DNA of 63,135 bases, the filler included, from Basidioascus undulatus (lineage: Eukaryota), in the NCBI GenBank assembly GCA_000826855.1. It is 4 parts of 4 records of this genome, joined end to end, with 100 filler letters (N's around TTAATTAATTAA, not from the genome) between each part and the next. Parts side by side here need not be neighbours in the genome. Positions count along the whole stretch, not along the records: positions 30,677 to 41,445 come from JTLS01001090.1; positions 41,546 to 52,293 come from JTLS01001091.1; 2 more parts are not named here. One strand, given 5' to 3'. The position numbers and the translations under genes were made by a program. Under the pieces are notes generated by a model. It saw only the letters and a list, made by a program, of their open reading frames with translations, searched no databases and was not told where the DNA came from. Each line of letters opens with the position of its first letter. The stretch's first letter is position 1. This document shows, one piece after another, positions 37,091 to 49,553 of this stretch.

Positions 37091-39733
37091 GAACCCCTGG
37101 GTACAATGACATGCTTGATACGTGATACATAGAGGAAGCGCCCTCGGAGAGAGGGTGGATGGTTGTCGTGGGAGGTCAAGCCGAGGTTGGTGGGCGTAAC
37201 TAAAGGTTTGACGATGCGGGATAGGCGAGGCTTAGTAAGGCTTTGGAGTTTCCGCTGGAGCAACTTACTGACGCGAACCTGAATCGCTGGTATGCATTGT
37301 TGTCAACCAGGTGGGATCAGATGCGGATGTGATGTATGTTGCGTATCGAGGACTGCGCTTTGGGCGGTTCGAGCTGAGGTCTCTCTGGTGAAACGGGTTG
37401 ACCTCGCCGTGGCGTGAAAGCAGCGGTTTACGGATAACATGGTGCCTAAGAAAGCATAGAGATGGGTTTTTGCTGCCGTTCCGGTTACGGGAGATATATA
37501 AAAGTACCTAGCAAGCATGCGTCCATTTCCACTTAGAGCGACCGTTTCAATGCGCCTCGTGCCTCCGAGTACGGCAACCCACCTGTCCCAACTGTTACCA
37601 TGCCGCACCAACTATATGCAGTAGATCGGCTAAACAGCAGTACTCGAGCCGTTCATATGAGGTATAACAGGTGCTGGCGATCAATGAGCTAGAGGGTTTC
37701 TAACAATTTACATAGAACTTCGCTTCGCAACTTCCGGATGTTGAAGCCCAACAGCTCTGGCTCTACGGGCTTCGACATCAATATCAGGGGGCGACTCCGA
37801 TCTCACGGCCTTCACTGTCATTCTCACAGCCTCCGAACCACGAGAGCACCCCACCCGCGATACCTGAAACGTACCCAGTCTTCTACGCACCCAAAGGCCG
37901 GCACTTCCTATATTCTGGTAAGCTGCTGAACACGTCGTGCATCCCGACCCGCCCGAGCGCCCCGTCCCACCACCGCCGACGCAGTGTAGTCGAGCGGTCA
38001 AGCCCTCGCTCCACTTCGGTCCGTCAGTCTCTTGCCCCGTCCGGGAGTAGATAGGAAGGCAACAGAGGATAGTGAAGAGAGAGAAGGAATAATTAGGCTT
38101 GCCAGGCCGAGCGCACGCTCCTGGCTCGCAGTGCTCATCTGGCACGGGATGTAGCCTCGCTCGGGGGTGGGCGTAGCAAAGCTCTGTTGGACCCTTCAAG
38201 GACAACATCTTTTGTTTTCACTGCCGGATGTGGTGTTTTACGCCCACTGTTCGTTAAATAATGGAAGCAGTGAGGGAGCCGTTGTACGCGACCTCAGAGC
38301 AGGCATCGAGGTGCTGCGTGCGAGCGGAAGGCGCTTGCTCAAGTCCGACTGAGGGCGCTCGCTACTGTCCGCGAGTTGGAGTTTCAGAAAACCATACTTC
38401 TTCAAGTTTCTTCTGGCTAGCTCACACCTCTATGATAATCCCCCAAACGATTGCATCGCCTCGACATCTCCTTCCTATTTTCCCCCTTTTCCTTTTCCAC
38501 CGTCTCCTCACCACCCTCAAACAAAAGCCATCTCCATCCCCGCCCCCACGCCTATCCCCTTCCCGGGACCAGAGTACCTCCTCTTCCTTTTCCTTCCATC
38601 CCACGGGCTGCGCGCGTCCATCCGTCTGCGGCGCTGGTGGAGGTGGAGGAGAACTGCGAGCGTAACCGTGATAGCGCCTGCGGAATTTCCATATTCCCCA
38701 AATCAGTCCGTGTAAGAAATCCGGAGGGCGGAAGACGGGCGAAGTACCCAGGAATATCAGAGCTGTCTGGAACGGGTTCCCCAGCGTCGCGCACAGCTGC
38801 ACAGGGAGCGAGCGGTCCGCCCCGCCGGCGGAGGGGGAGGTGAGGGAGGCGATCCTGCGTGGGTTTGAGGGGTTCAGCGGGGGTTCGGAGGGGAGGAGGA
38901 GGTGGTGGGAAGGAGGTACAAGGGTATGCGGGAGCTGAATGGGAGGAGGGAGGGGAGGGAGGGGAGGTTGTAGGTGAAGAACTTGAAGTTGGGGAGGGGG
39001 AACATGGTCCTTTCTCTTCGTGGGAGACGCGTTTGACCGGAGCGAGTAGGTGAGAAAGGCAAGCGATGAGAAGGGAACATTTATGGCAGGGAGGAGAGGG
39101 AGGATGTTTTGCGAGGGAAAAGCAAACAACGCTGCGCTGCTGGGTTGAAGGGGACGGGGACGGAAGGGTGCAAGCTGCGAGGCTGCCGAGGCACGGAGCG
39201 TGTTCCGCTTACCCCGTTCAGTTTGTTCAAGGAGGGTAAATAGGTTTCACAGCGGAATCTTTTGATATCTTTTCTGTTGCGTGTCGCAGGCGAGCTGTTG
39301 AAGATCGAAGGCGGATGAGGATGCGCTGCAAGACAGTAGGGGACCACCTCTGACATTTCAAGGCAGTTATACCGGGATCAGGGCGTCCTTAAACAAGTAT
39401 TCTGTATCATGTAACATTGAGAATGCAGGAACAACGGCCTGCATAGGCGGACGACAATTACTTGCACCTGCGAACGGACTGCACTCCGCGACCGACTCGG
39501 AGATGCCAACGGGATGCAAAACCACTCGTGGAAAGTCGTTTCCTTTTAATAATTTATTCACAATTTTTCAATGCAGGAGCATCGACCTGCATCGAAATGG
39601 TTACTTGACGCTCGCCAGGCATGGACTGCAATCGCCGACAATGCTCCCTGTAGCGAACCCAAGGTTTGCCGAAAGCCCAAAAGTCGCCCTGGCTTCCCAC
39701 CTTCCTCCCACTTCCTTGGCTTGCACACGCACC

Positions 39734-40820
39734 ATGTCCGAGCCAGCGCACGCTTCTCCCCCTCCCCCCGCTACCGCCCAGAAGCGGCCGATGTCCCTCG
39801 CCCCCTCCCTCGCCGCCGACGCCGACGCACCCTCCAAGCGCGCGCGCGCCGACGCGGACGAGCAGCCGACACAGGCGTCCGCGTTCGAGCTCGACGACTC
39901 GCTGCTGCCCGAGGCCGAGATGGCTGAGGCCCCCGCTAAGGTCGAAGCCGACAAGCCAAAGTACGAGGTCGAGAACGTCCTCCCGCCGAGCACGAAGCTC
40001 CTGCTTAGGGAGCGGGAGGCGCAGCCGGACGACGGCTGGGACGGCGTGCATGCGCGGGAGATTGATGTGGGGATTATGCAGTATGTTGATAGGAGCGTGG
40101 GGAAGGTCCATGGCGTTATCAAGCAACGGTGAGTGGTGCTTCCGGTGTACTAGCCGAGGGGCTCGAAGGGTCCTGGATGGGTTGGCTGCGAAGGGCGCAG
40201 AGGGCACGGCTGGGCCTGAAATCTACGCTGCACTCGCCATCCTACTGGCTGCAGCCATCTCAGTCTGGTCGCTTCCAAACACTTACACCTTGTGATATAT
40301 CCCCTCCAGCTTCACCGACTTCCTCGTCTACGAAGTCGAACCATCCGGTGAGGTTGTGCGCCTGAGAGACATCCGCCGCCCGAACATCATCAACCCTCCG
40401 CCGCCGAAAGAGGAGCCGAGTCTGTCTGGCTCTTCTTTCCGTTCCCCTCAGCGTCAAACTGATCGAGAGCGGTCGCCCAGCAGAGAAGGCGGAGCCCGCG
40501 ACCGAGGGCATTGCTGCACCTTCTGCCGAGTCCAGTGCGTCTTTGCGTGCTTTCTCGCTGTCGCAGCTGTGCCCTTCCCGCTGACTTTTGCCTTGAATCC
40601 CCAGGCGACGCACCCACCCCTGCTGCAGATGCAGAAGCTTCCAACGACTCCACCCCTGCCCCCGCCCCCGCCGAAGCTCCCGCGGAGACTGTCGCCGCCG
40701 GGCCTGCGCCGGCGTCTGCTCCGGAGGCGTCCGAGGAGCCTGCAGGCGAGAAGGATTCCACTCCAAACCAGGACAAGGGCAAGAGCCCAGCGTCCAAGCC
40801 TTCCGATGTGCGCCAGAAGT
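39734..40820 (+). CDS. PUS7: tRNA/U2 pseudouridine synthase Pus7 (TruD family), 5' part only
   Basis: EIDVGIMQYVDRSVGKVHGVIKQR|FTDFLVYEVEPSGEVVRLRDI. It is cut off at ~40810 by integrase sequence. Confidence 0.85.
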
Positions 40821-41445
40821 GACCAGTGAAACGTGGGTCACGGTCCGAGATGATGATCTTCAGTTGGCCATGGTGCTTGAAGATGTGGTCAACATAGAGC
40901 TTGGCAATCCCTTGTCCAGTGACTCAGGTGGTTGTTGGGATGAAGTGTGCACGCTTGCTGAGGCGATCGACAATGACGAGGATGGCATCATGGTGCTTGT
41001 GTGTCTTGGTAGTCCAGTGACGAGGTCGAGTGACACCTGCTCCCACTTGCGTCGTGGTGTCGGCAAGGGCTGGAGGGCACCTTGAGGCTGTTGAGTCGAT
41101 GCCTTGTTGCACTGGCAGGTGTCACAGGTGGCGACATAGTCCTTGATGTGTTTGTGCATGTTGGGCCAGTAGTAGAGGCGGTGGATTCGTTCATATGTCT
41201 TGTCATATCCTGGGTGTCCAGCAGCCGGGGTGTCATGGTGATCATGGAGGACATTGTTGTGGATGGGGCCTTGAGGAACACAGAGACGTTCTCCTTCTGC
41301 AACGCCTGGGATGGCAGCATAGAGGAGGAATCTGTCACGCAATGTAAAGTGCTTGAGACGCTGTTGGAGCTCGAGGGGTGGTGGTGTGTTTTGGTCAGCT
41401 TCTTGTTGCTGGAGTGCATCCAGGATGGCCTGGAAATCTTTGTCA
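40806..41445 (-). mobile_element. Ty3/Gypsy LTR retrotransposon integrase relic
   Basis: HHCC zinc finger HDTPAAGHPGYDKT..YYWPNM..CDTCQ, then WEQVSLDLVTGLP, DAILVIVDRLSKRAHFIP and IISDRDPRFTGHFW. It has one frameshift and one internal TGA, and runs into the gap. Confidence 0.93.
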
Positions 41446-41545
41446 NNNNNNNNNNNNNNNNNNNNNNNNNNNNNNNNNNNNNNNNNNNNTTAATTAATTA
41501 ANNNNNNNNNNNNNNNNNNNNNNNNNNNNNNNNNNNNNNNNNNNN
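41446..41545. other. Assembly gap linker (N44-TTAATTAATTAA-N44)
   Basis: Same 100-nt construct as 30577-30676. Confidence 0.97.
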
Positions 41546-42006
41546 TCCGGAGAGCAGGGAAGAGAGCAGCGCATCAAAATGCAAAGATGCAGAGAAAGCA
41601 AAGGGATGAGGACGATTGTGTGGTGGAGGTGGAGGTGGTTGGGGATGGGGCGCGCGCAGGCGGGGAGGCTGTGGTCGGTGGACGGGAGGGCGGGGTGGCG
41701 CGCAAGGAGGGGGAGGCAAAGGGAGGGGACGATAGTGATGTGGAGATTATTGGGTGAGGGTGGAAACGCAGGGAGAATCAATAGATACGAAAGCTTGAGA
41801 ATGCCATCTGGCTGTTTTTGCTTGCCTGACCGTGCACACGGATAGCTAAACCCGAGAACGTCAACTACATGGGTATCGCTCCAGTGCTTGTGGGCATACA
41901 ACAAAACACATTCCCATCAAGCCTGCTCCACATCCGCCTTTTCCACTCGATGTCCCACTCAGGCGTGAGGTTTGCGCATCAAAAAGGTAGATCTGCTGGT
42001 CGCAGG

Positions 42007-44638
42007 TCAAGCCGTCAATGGTCTAGTGGTCATGCAGGGAGGCGGTGTTTCGAAGGGACGCGAAGGGACGCACGCTTGTACTCTGTCAGGTCCGTACACG
42101 CGCAATCCCTTAAATCAGTAGGGCTCGACACGGGGAAAACTAGAGGACACACGTTGCAAGCACGTCGTCCTCCGCTTGCGACTCGCGCTCACGCTCCAGC
42201 GCCCAGGTGTTGCTCCTCTGCCGACGCGGGCCCTCCAGGATGCTCTGGTCGATGTCTCGCCAGCCGAACTCCTCTTCGACCAGGACGTCGAAGCCGATCC
42301 GCCGGCCCTGCGCAAGAATAAAAGGAAAGACACAGTGAGTGGCCGATGCGGGCGACGACCTCGTGCGTCGAGTGAAGTCAGTGGGCTCACCATGTCGCTG
42401 ACCCATTCGTCTAGCTCCCTCTCGAACTCCTCCTCGTTCCGCCACCACTCAGCGTTCACGTACCTGGAAATAGGAGAAGTCAGTAAACTTGTAAAAGGCA
42501 CAGCCGCAGAGCGGACACTCACACGTCCTCCCCTTTCCCGGTGCGTCCGATGTGCACCTGCGGGGGCCTGGGTGCGCCCCCAGGCCTGTCGCACAGCGTC
42601 CGCCACGCCGTCCACATGCCCTCGCGCGAGTTATCGAGCCTCGTGACCACCGCTTCGCCGCAGCCCGACCGCAATTATCAGCATCGACAAGACTGGGAGG
42701 GAGGGCAACTGCAGGCGCACTAGCCATGAACGCTCTCGATATCAGGTCGAGGTTGTGTACTGTTTGCGCCAACTGCTCTGCATTAGGCTCGTACGAATCG
42801 CCGAAGAGACCCTTGAGCATCTCAAGCATAGACAGTTCTCTGCCGTCGCGCGAGTGAACCATGGGCGGCAGCCTCACTTCGGATAGACGGGCACGGGCTT
42901 TTGACGGGAGCATGACGGTCACATCTGAGCTGCGGGTAATGCCAGTGAAGCCTGCGCACGGGCATAAGAGCAGCTCAACATCCACCCGCGACCCAGAGTA
43001 TCCGCACAGCAGATGCGGAACGTGAAAAAAGACGCACCGTTTTGAGCTGCAGTCGCGTGGATCGTCCGCAGGGGGTCGAGATTGACCATGTGGCCCTCGA
43101 AGATGTGGTGCCACGCCAGTCGGATGCGGGTAAAGTCGGACTGAATGGGGATATCATACGAGTGATCCTCCGGGGAAGACAGCGGCGGACGAGGTCGCAC
43201 GCCCGTAAGCATCCTGTGTTGCGCGGTCAGTCAGGCGTGCAGCTCGGGCTTTGAAGAAATTACACTTGCCCATAAGTCATTTCGGTTATCTAAGACCCTG
43301 GTCAGCTACCCTGCTCGCCGATTAATCCCCGGAGAAAGCGTACCTCGACTGCGCCTCCAGGTGCCAGTATGCGCATGATCTCCTGTATGGAACGGGCAAA
43401 CGTCACCCAGGAGACTCCATCGGCTGGTTTGCACTCTCACCTCGAGTAAACTGTCCCACTTCTGCTCGGGAACCCTATAGCAGCGCTGTTAGTCGCTGGT
43501 AAAGGCTAAAGGAGGAAGGGTCCCCGCACCCAAGTCCAGCCTGGCGCGTCAGTGGTCACACGAACGACAATCAGTTCAATGCTCGTGATACAAAGTCGGC
43601 GGTATTTGCAGAAAAATAACGCACATAACGCATGTGCACGAAGTCGAAGCTTGCATCCAGGTATGGCAGACGTTGCAGACTGCAAAGCGCGGCCTCGTCA
43701 GACCGCACGTAACCAGCATCAGCTGAGAAACACGCACAAGTTGCCGACATGCCATTCCACGCGTCCCAGGAGGTCATCTGGCACCGAAACTTGGCACGGC
43801 GCGAGGTCGAAGCCGATGATGTGTGCGTTTGGCCAGAGGGATCTCGCAACGTCAATGCACCAGACGCCGGAACTGTCGGCCGCTAGATCAGCGAAGCTCT
43901 AAGGGGAAAACTAAGAGTGACTTACCCGCAGCCAAGATCAAGGACAAGTCGCGGAGCGGGAAGAGCGCGCGATTCGGCAGAAATGTGTCCTCCGAGAAAG
44001 ATCCCCCAAAGAGTGTGCAGCAAGTTGTCCCTGGGGCGAAGGGTGGTTCAGTCAGGCCGCTATGGCATGCAATGAGACAAGGTGTACGTAGACAGCACAG
44101 CAGAGCTGTAGCTGAAGAACCATGGCGCCTCTGCGTGCGTCCAAGCGTGGTACGGCACATCATCTTGAAGATATCGGAGCTCGCGACTGGGCGCGTCCCT
44201 GCACTCGCTCGCTGAAGCGGCCTGCTCATCCGTCGGATCCTCGCCAAGAAGCTCGAGCGCATCGGCCGGGTCGTACCCAAGGTCGAACGCGCTTGTCCAG
44301 CCCGGCGTGCGCTGTCCGAAGTCGGTACTGCGTCTCTGCGCGTTGACCGAGGGGCTTGCAGGCGAAGGGGCCGAAGCGAACGTGTTGATCGTAGAGCTCG
44401 ACCATCCGCCTGCCTCACTGCGGTCCGGCAAAGACAGAGACACAGACGCGTTCTCTGAGAGCGAGCGCCCTATGCGGCGCGGCCAGCCTGGGCCGACGTC
44501 GCCCCCTTTGGGCGAGGCCGTTGGCTCGACAGGGTGATAGGAAGACGACGTGTTCAGCTTCGAGAAGAGAGGCGAAATCAGCCCGCTCTTTGGGCGGAGC
44601 ATGTCGCGGCGTTTGCCCTGCTTCGATGGTGGAGCCAT
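42007..44638 (-). CDS. Class I SAM-dependent methyltransferase (fungal type with disordered N-terminus), multi-exon
   Basis: APWFFSYSSAVLS|TDNLLH, motif I PRLVLDLGCG, GVWCIDVA..WPNAHIIGFDL, RLPYLDASFDFVHMR, VPEQKWDSLLE|EIMRILAPGG. Both ends are approximate. Confidence 0.8.
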
Positions 44639-45952
44639 AAACGAGATCGACTTGAGGCGAGAACGCCGAAGAGTGAGAGGCGAAGGAGACGAATGCCAAG
44701 ACTTGTGCGACAAGGCACTTCGAGGATGAACGGCTCGACGAAGATCACGGACCGTCTCCTTGTTATGGGAAGGTGGGATTGGAAAAGGCGCGCTCTGACA
44801 TGAGCATCGTGCGCGAGCTTTCGAAGAGGAGCGCGGATGTCCCGCTGCGGTCCGCTGCCCTTCAGGAACGCTGCGCCGGCCGGCCCCACGCGGCCCTCGA
44901 AGCTCCGCTTGATAGCGGCGGATTCAGCAGTGAGTTTGAGTGAGTTGGTGATACCCCTCGAGCACAAGCAGAACCCGACCCAGAGAATCACTGTGCATGT
45001 GAGGAGAAGTAGGCAATAACTGGAGGAGGTCAAGGAAGTCTGTGAAGTCGAGAAGAGGTTGTCCTCGGCGGTGGAAGTTGGGTGGAGGAGAGTGAGTGAC
45101 CCGCCTGGCTCCTGTTTGGCCTTTTTATCCTGCTGTCCAACGCATGAAAATACACAAATCACTCCCACCATAATCATAGACGTGGACTTTCGTTCAAGTT
45201 CATTCTGCTGATCGTCTTCTAATACCCCGTCGGCCTCGACATATCATTCCTGCGAAGTCGATCACGGAAACCCCACTTGTCAGTCAAAGCAGTCGACAGA
45301 GTGCACTTTGCCAGACTTCCGTTTTTATGTACCAGTGGTATTCCCAGGGTTGAAACCCAATGGGATCCCCAGGTGCGTTTCGCCTGTAAGCCGTGCAAGA
45401 ACGGAACGCAGTGCGCACAGGAAAGCTGAAAGCGTAGCACGATCTTCACAAGTTCCCAATATTTAAAGACCTACTTCAGTCTCGATCTGTCTGGACTACC
45501 TGAAGCTGAAGAGCAGACAGTGGCTCACATGCGAAATTTCACGTTGGGTTTTCAACAGGCTGCGATCCATGCCTGTGTGCTAGAGAGATAAGATGTTCGG
45601 CTTGTTCGGGCATATTACTACGTCTGACCCCTGAAAAGGTAAGAATAATCCGCCTTCTTCCACGTGGGCAAGCCCCCGCATTATGGGCCATACGAAACGC
45701 GTTTGCATCGCAATCATACATCGCCATGGCGTGCTTAGACCGGCCGCTGTCTTTTCATACAGGGGGCTTGTTATGCAGGAGTATTCAAGAAAACTGTGAA
45801 GCCCACCATTTAAAAGGTCGCACCAGGAACTATCCCTTTCCGTGCCCTCCAGCGCCAGCGTTCAACGCTCGACCTATGACCGATAACTCTCTTCCGAGCC
45901 AGCCTCAAGACGCTTTGCGAATTGCGTACGTCTTGCGGTAAAAAACCCTCCA

Positions 45953-47460
45953 ATGTTCCTTAGCACTTAGGCAAATATAAAATCATCGGTGTTGTTCTAG
46001 CCGGCGTCTCTGCAGTGCTGGCGATCCGAAAGCTGTTGAGCGGTCTCCGCAGCCTCGTGAGGTAGGTGTCTTTGTACTTCCTTTCCCTAAACAAAAAACC
46101 CCACTGAAGCTTCAACAGGTTGGCGCCTGGATCTCATCACACCGAGCGCCGTGCAAGTCCTTCACAAGCTCGTCCCGCCTGCCGCACTCGACGGGATCGT
46201 CTTCCGCAATGGGGGGTACCCCCAACGGCGCCACGCACGGAGCCACCGCGTTCCGCTGCAACAGCTCCTGCTCTCGCAGCTCCCTTGCCACCTGGTTCAA
46301 GGCGGCAAGCAAGCGACGGGGGTGACGGTCGAGGACAATGGGGCTCAGGTATTATTTGAGGATGGCACTCAGGCTGTGGCGGACGTCGTAGTGGCGGCGG
46401 ACGGCATAAACTCGGCCTGTCGTGTCTCCTTCTTTACGACTTGTCCGCATTCGCTGACAAACTTGCATACCTCAGCTGATCCGCAAGCAGCTCCGCCAGC
46501 GCCCTATGAGGTGCTCTTCACCGGTGCTCTGGGCCTATTGCGAGGTCTTCTATGCAAGCTACGTCTCGCACATCGAGGGTTGCTTGACGACTCCTCCTGT
46601 TGGTCCGATGGGAACAAGACCATCTTCTTGTCGCCGATGGATGCTAAAGTACCTTCCCCATTGATATGTTAAACTTGACTTTACATAAGAGATATTTTCC
46701 GCAGGACTCAACAAATACGGCGTTGTTGCATTTCTTCCCGAACCAGCAGAAACCGCTGCGCATCTCGCTTGGGCGGAGGAAGGCAGCCCTGCTCGTCTGC
46801 AGCGCCTGAAAGAGGCTTTCAACGTGAGCATATTTTCCTATTCAGAAATATTTTCTTCATTCCTTACGAACAACAAGGAGGCGGGGATGGGCCCCTCTCA
46901 TCGAGCAAGTACTCGAGACCACGCCGAGCATCGGCCGGTACCCCATCTGCCGTGGTGAATGGCTTAACCAGCTCGTTTTCAATGGCCGAGTCGCTTTGAT
47001 TGGGGATGCTGCACACTGTGAGTACCCCTTATTGATGGCTCCCTTCTACGCCTTAACTCGCACCTGGCGTGCCAGACCAGCAACTGGTGGAGCCTACGGT
47101 AAACATCCTGCATACTCCGTTCTTCCCTTCCTCGGTAAATTCTCTGATCCCATGTCTTGACTGGTAGGCTCCGGTGCGGGCTTCGCCTACGGCGACGGCT
47201 ACACCCTCGCCCTGTCTCTCGCCCACGCCTTCGAAGAACACCCTTCACACACCGCGGCGTCCCTGACCGGCTGGCGCAAGCTCTGCGGCTGTACGGAGGC
47301 ATCCGGCTGCCGTTCATCAACCGCGTCTGGGACCAGCTCAGGATCTCTTCCGAGGTCGCGGCTTACGTCAAGAAGGGCGAGATGGACGAGGATCCTGGAT
47401 TGGCAGTATGATCATGATGTCGAGGGGACGTTTAGGGATGCTGTTCCGAAGCTGTAGAGT
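45953..47460 (+). pseudogene. FAD-dependent monooxygenase (salicylate hydroxylase-like), decayed
   Basis: Degenerate Rossmann motif IIGVVLAGVSAVLAI, then HRVPLQQLLL, ADVVVAADGINS, NGRVALIGDAAH and GSGAGFAYGDGYTLA. It contains stops and frameshifts. Confidence 0.8.
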
Positions 47461-47671
47461 CGGATGGGAGGGCTTTTTATGGATCATATTCTTCGGGTTT
47501 GTGCTTTAGAGCAGAACCCTCCGGACGTCGGTTGACCCGGTGGACTGTTGCGGAGCTCGCGCTTCACCAAGCTTCACGTTGTATCACTCAGTCCACCGGC
47601 GAAAACGTGACAGAACGCGTCAATGGTTCACTTTGTATCGTATTCATGTGGGCGCGACGGGAGGACACGGT

Positions 47672-48918
47672 TCAGGACTTTACCCATACGCGCTTGCGGT
47701 TGAAGTGCTGCGAGCCTGGGAATAGCATATCGAGTCAGGACGGGCTGAAAGGGTGAAAGCGGTGTCTGAAAGGACTGGGACGCACTCGGAATGTCGACAT
47801 AGAGGTGCTATGTCACGAGCAGACAAAGGCCGTCAGCACCCACGAATTGCCTGAGTAGGAAAGCCAACCAGCTTACCTTCCACACAAACCTCCCATTCGC
47901 GTCCTTGACCAAGTCCGCATGCACCTCACCGCCTTCCCACGTCCTCCCGTCTTCACCAGCCTTCGGCCCGCCGCCGCCCATCCTCCCCAGACCCTTCAAA
48001 AGCCCAAACCAACCGCCCCTGCCCGCGTCCTTCTCCTCCTTCTCCTCCTTCTCCTCCACCGGATCCCAGCGGTCCGCCGGAATGTTAGGGTTGATCAACC
48101 GCGCAATGAAGAGTCTCCCGGCGTGTGCATAGCCCCATAGCGTCTCGGTCCAGTTCTCCTCCGCTACCGCAGGCGCGGCGTGCGGCGGCGGGGACGCATC
48201 GACAAAGAAGCGGAGGAGGAGGTGCTCGTTGCCCTGGCGGTCGAGGACGACCTGGTGCGCCAGCCGCCGGTTGCGCCGGTTCCGGTGGTGCGACGGCTCG
48301 CCGTGGAACGTGTACGGCTCGCGTAGGTAGCGCGCGACTTCGGGCGAGGAGGAGACGAGGTCGCACGCCTCGCCAAAGATCACCGTGGGCGAGTTCGGGG
48401 AGAAGAGCTCACTTGCGAGTGCGTACGCCAGCAGCGCCGTCAGCGCTCCGCCCACGGCGATGAGCGTGAAGCGCGAGCTCTGCTTCCCCGCCCTGACGAC
48501 TGCACCGATTCACCCCCCACAATGAGCCTGTGCCTTGTCCTGGACAATGTACTCCAGCCGAACGAACAGCACACGCACCTTTACCCCCAGCGCTAAGCTC
48601 CGACCACTTCTTCTCCGGCTTCATCTGACCCACCCCGCCACCCAAGGCCGTCCCGCCAGGCGTCAAGCCAAGCGGGAACGGGCCCGCGTTGGAGTCGCGA
48701 GCCTTTTGCTGCTCGAGGGCCGAGAGCAAGTCTCGTGCGCTCCGGTGCGTCGAGGCGCGGTCGGCGGAGGCGGAGGTGGGTGGTTGCGGTGGAGGGGTGC
48801 TCGAATGGGTGGCATAGCGGCGGATGATGAACGCGGCGCGGAAGATCGCTGGGCCCGCTGGGGATGGAGCGGCTTGACGGACGGCTTGGAAGAGAACGGG
48901 AGGGCAAGAGGGCGGCAT
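47672..48918 (-). CDS. TIM21: Mitochondrial inner-membrane translocase subunit Tim21, multi-exon
   Basis: Presequence ..IIRRYAT, KKWSELSAGGK|VVRA, a TM segment, ELFSPNSPTVIF, FHGEP..RNRR, EHLLLRFFV, GEVHADLVKD and LYVDIP. Confidence 0.9.
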
Positions 48919-49553
48919 GCTGGGCGGATGAGCGATGGGATGAAGATCGGGAGCAAGGAGGAGGAGGAAGAGAGCGCGACAAGCGAAGACGCGCCGCTTC
49001 GTCGGCTCTCAAGCCAGCCGATGAGCTCGCACGACCGACCAAAGGCTGGCTCGCCCTTTCTTTCAGTCAAAGAAGACCACAGTAAACAAAACAAGCACAC
49101 ATAAGCGAACCCCACACCGTGCGAAACAGCAACACGGTCAATGACAGCTAGCATGGACACGAACAACGCCCTCACTACGTGCGGCAAATACTACACGATT
49201 AGGCAACTAACGACTAACTGCGTAAACACAGAAATTATGCACTGCGAACAGCGGAAAGAAAAGCCCACAACCAACCAAATAGTCCACAACGAAAAGGAAA
49301 ACATACAAGCAGCACAGCACAACAAGTGAAGCACGGCATTCCCGCCTCCCCCTCTCTCTCTCTTCCCCAACGCCAACGCCAACCCGATTACGCACGCAAG
49401 TGATGCCTGAAGAGAAAGGAAAGGGAAAGGAACCTAGAACCCGAACGGACGACGACGACTGGACTTGACGAGGGCTTTTGAGAATTGCAACGGGGGTGGG
49501 TGAGGAGAACCGCGGAGGGCGGGTATGTGGTGGTGTGGTGAGGTGGTGCGAGC

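Noticed and set aside
37708..39129. Possible degraded minus-strand gene with purine-rich tracts
   Set aside because: There is no consistent frame or family motif. Resemblance to 30800-31040 is explained by low complexity.
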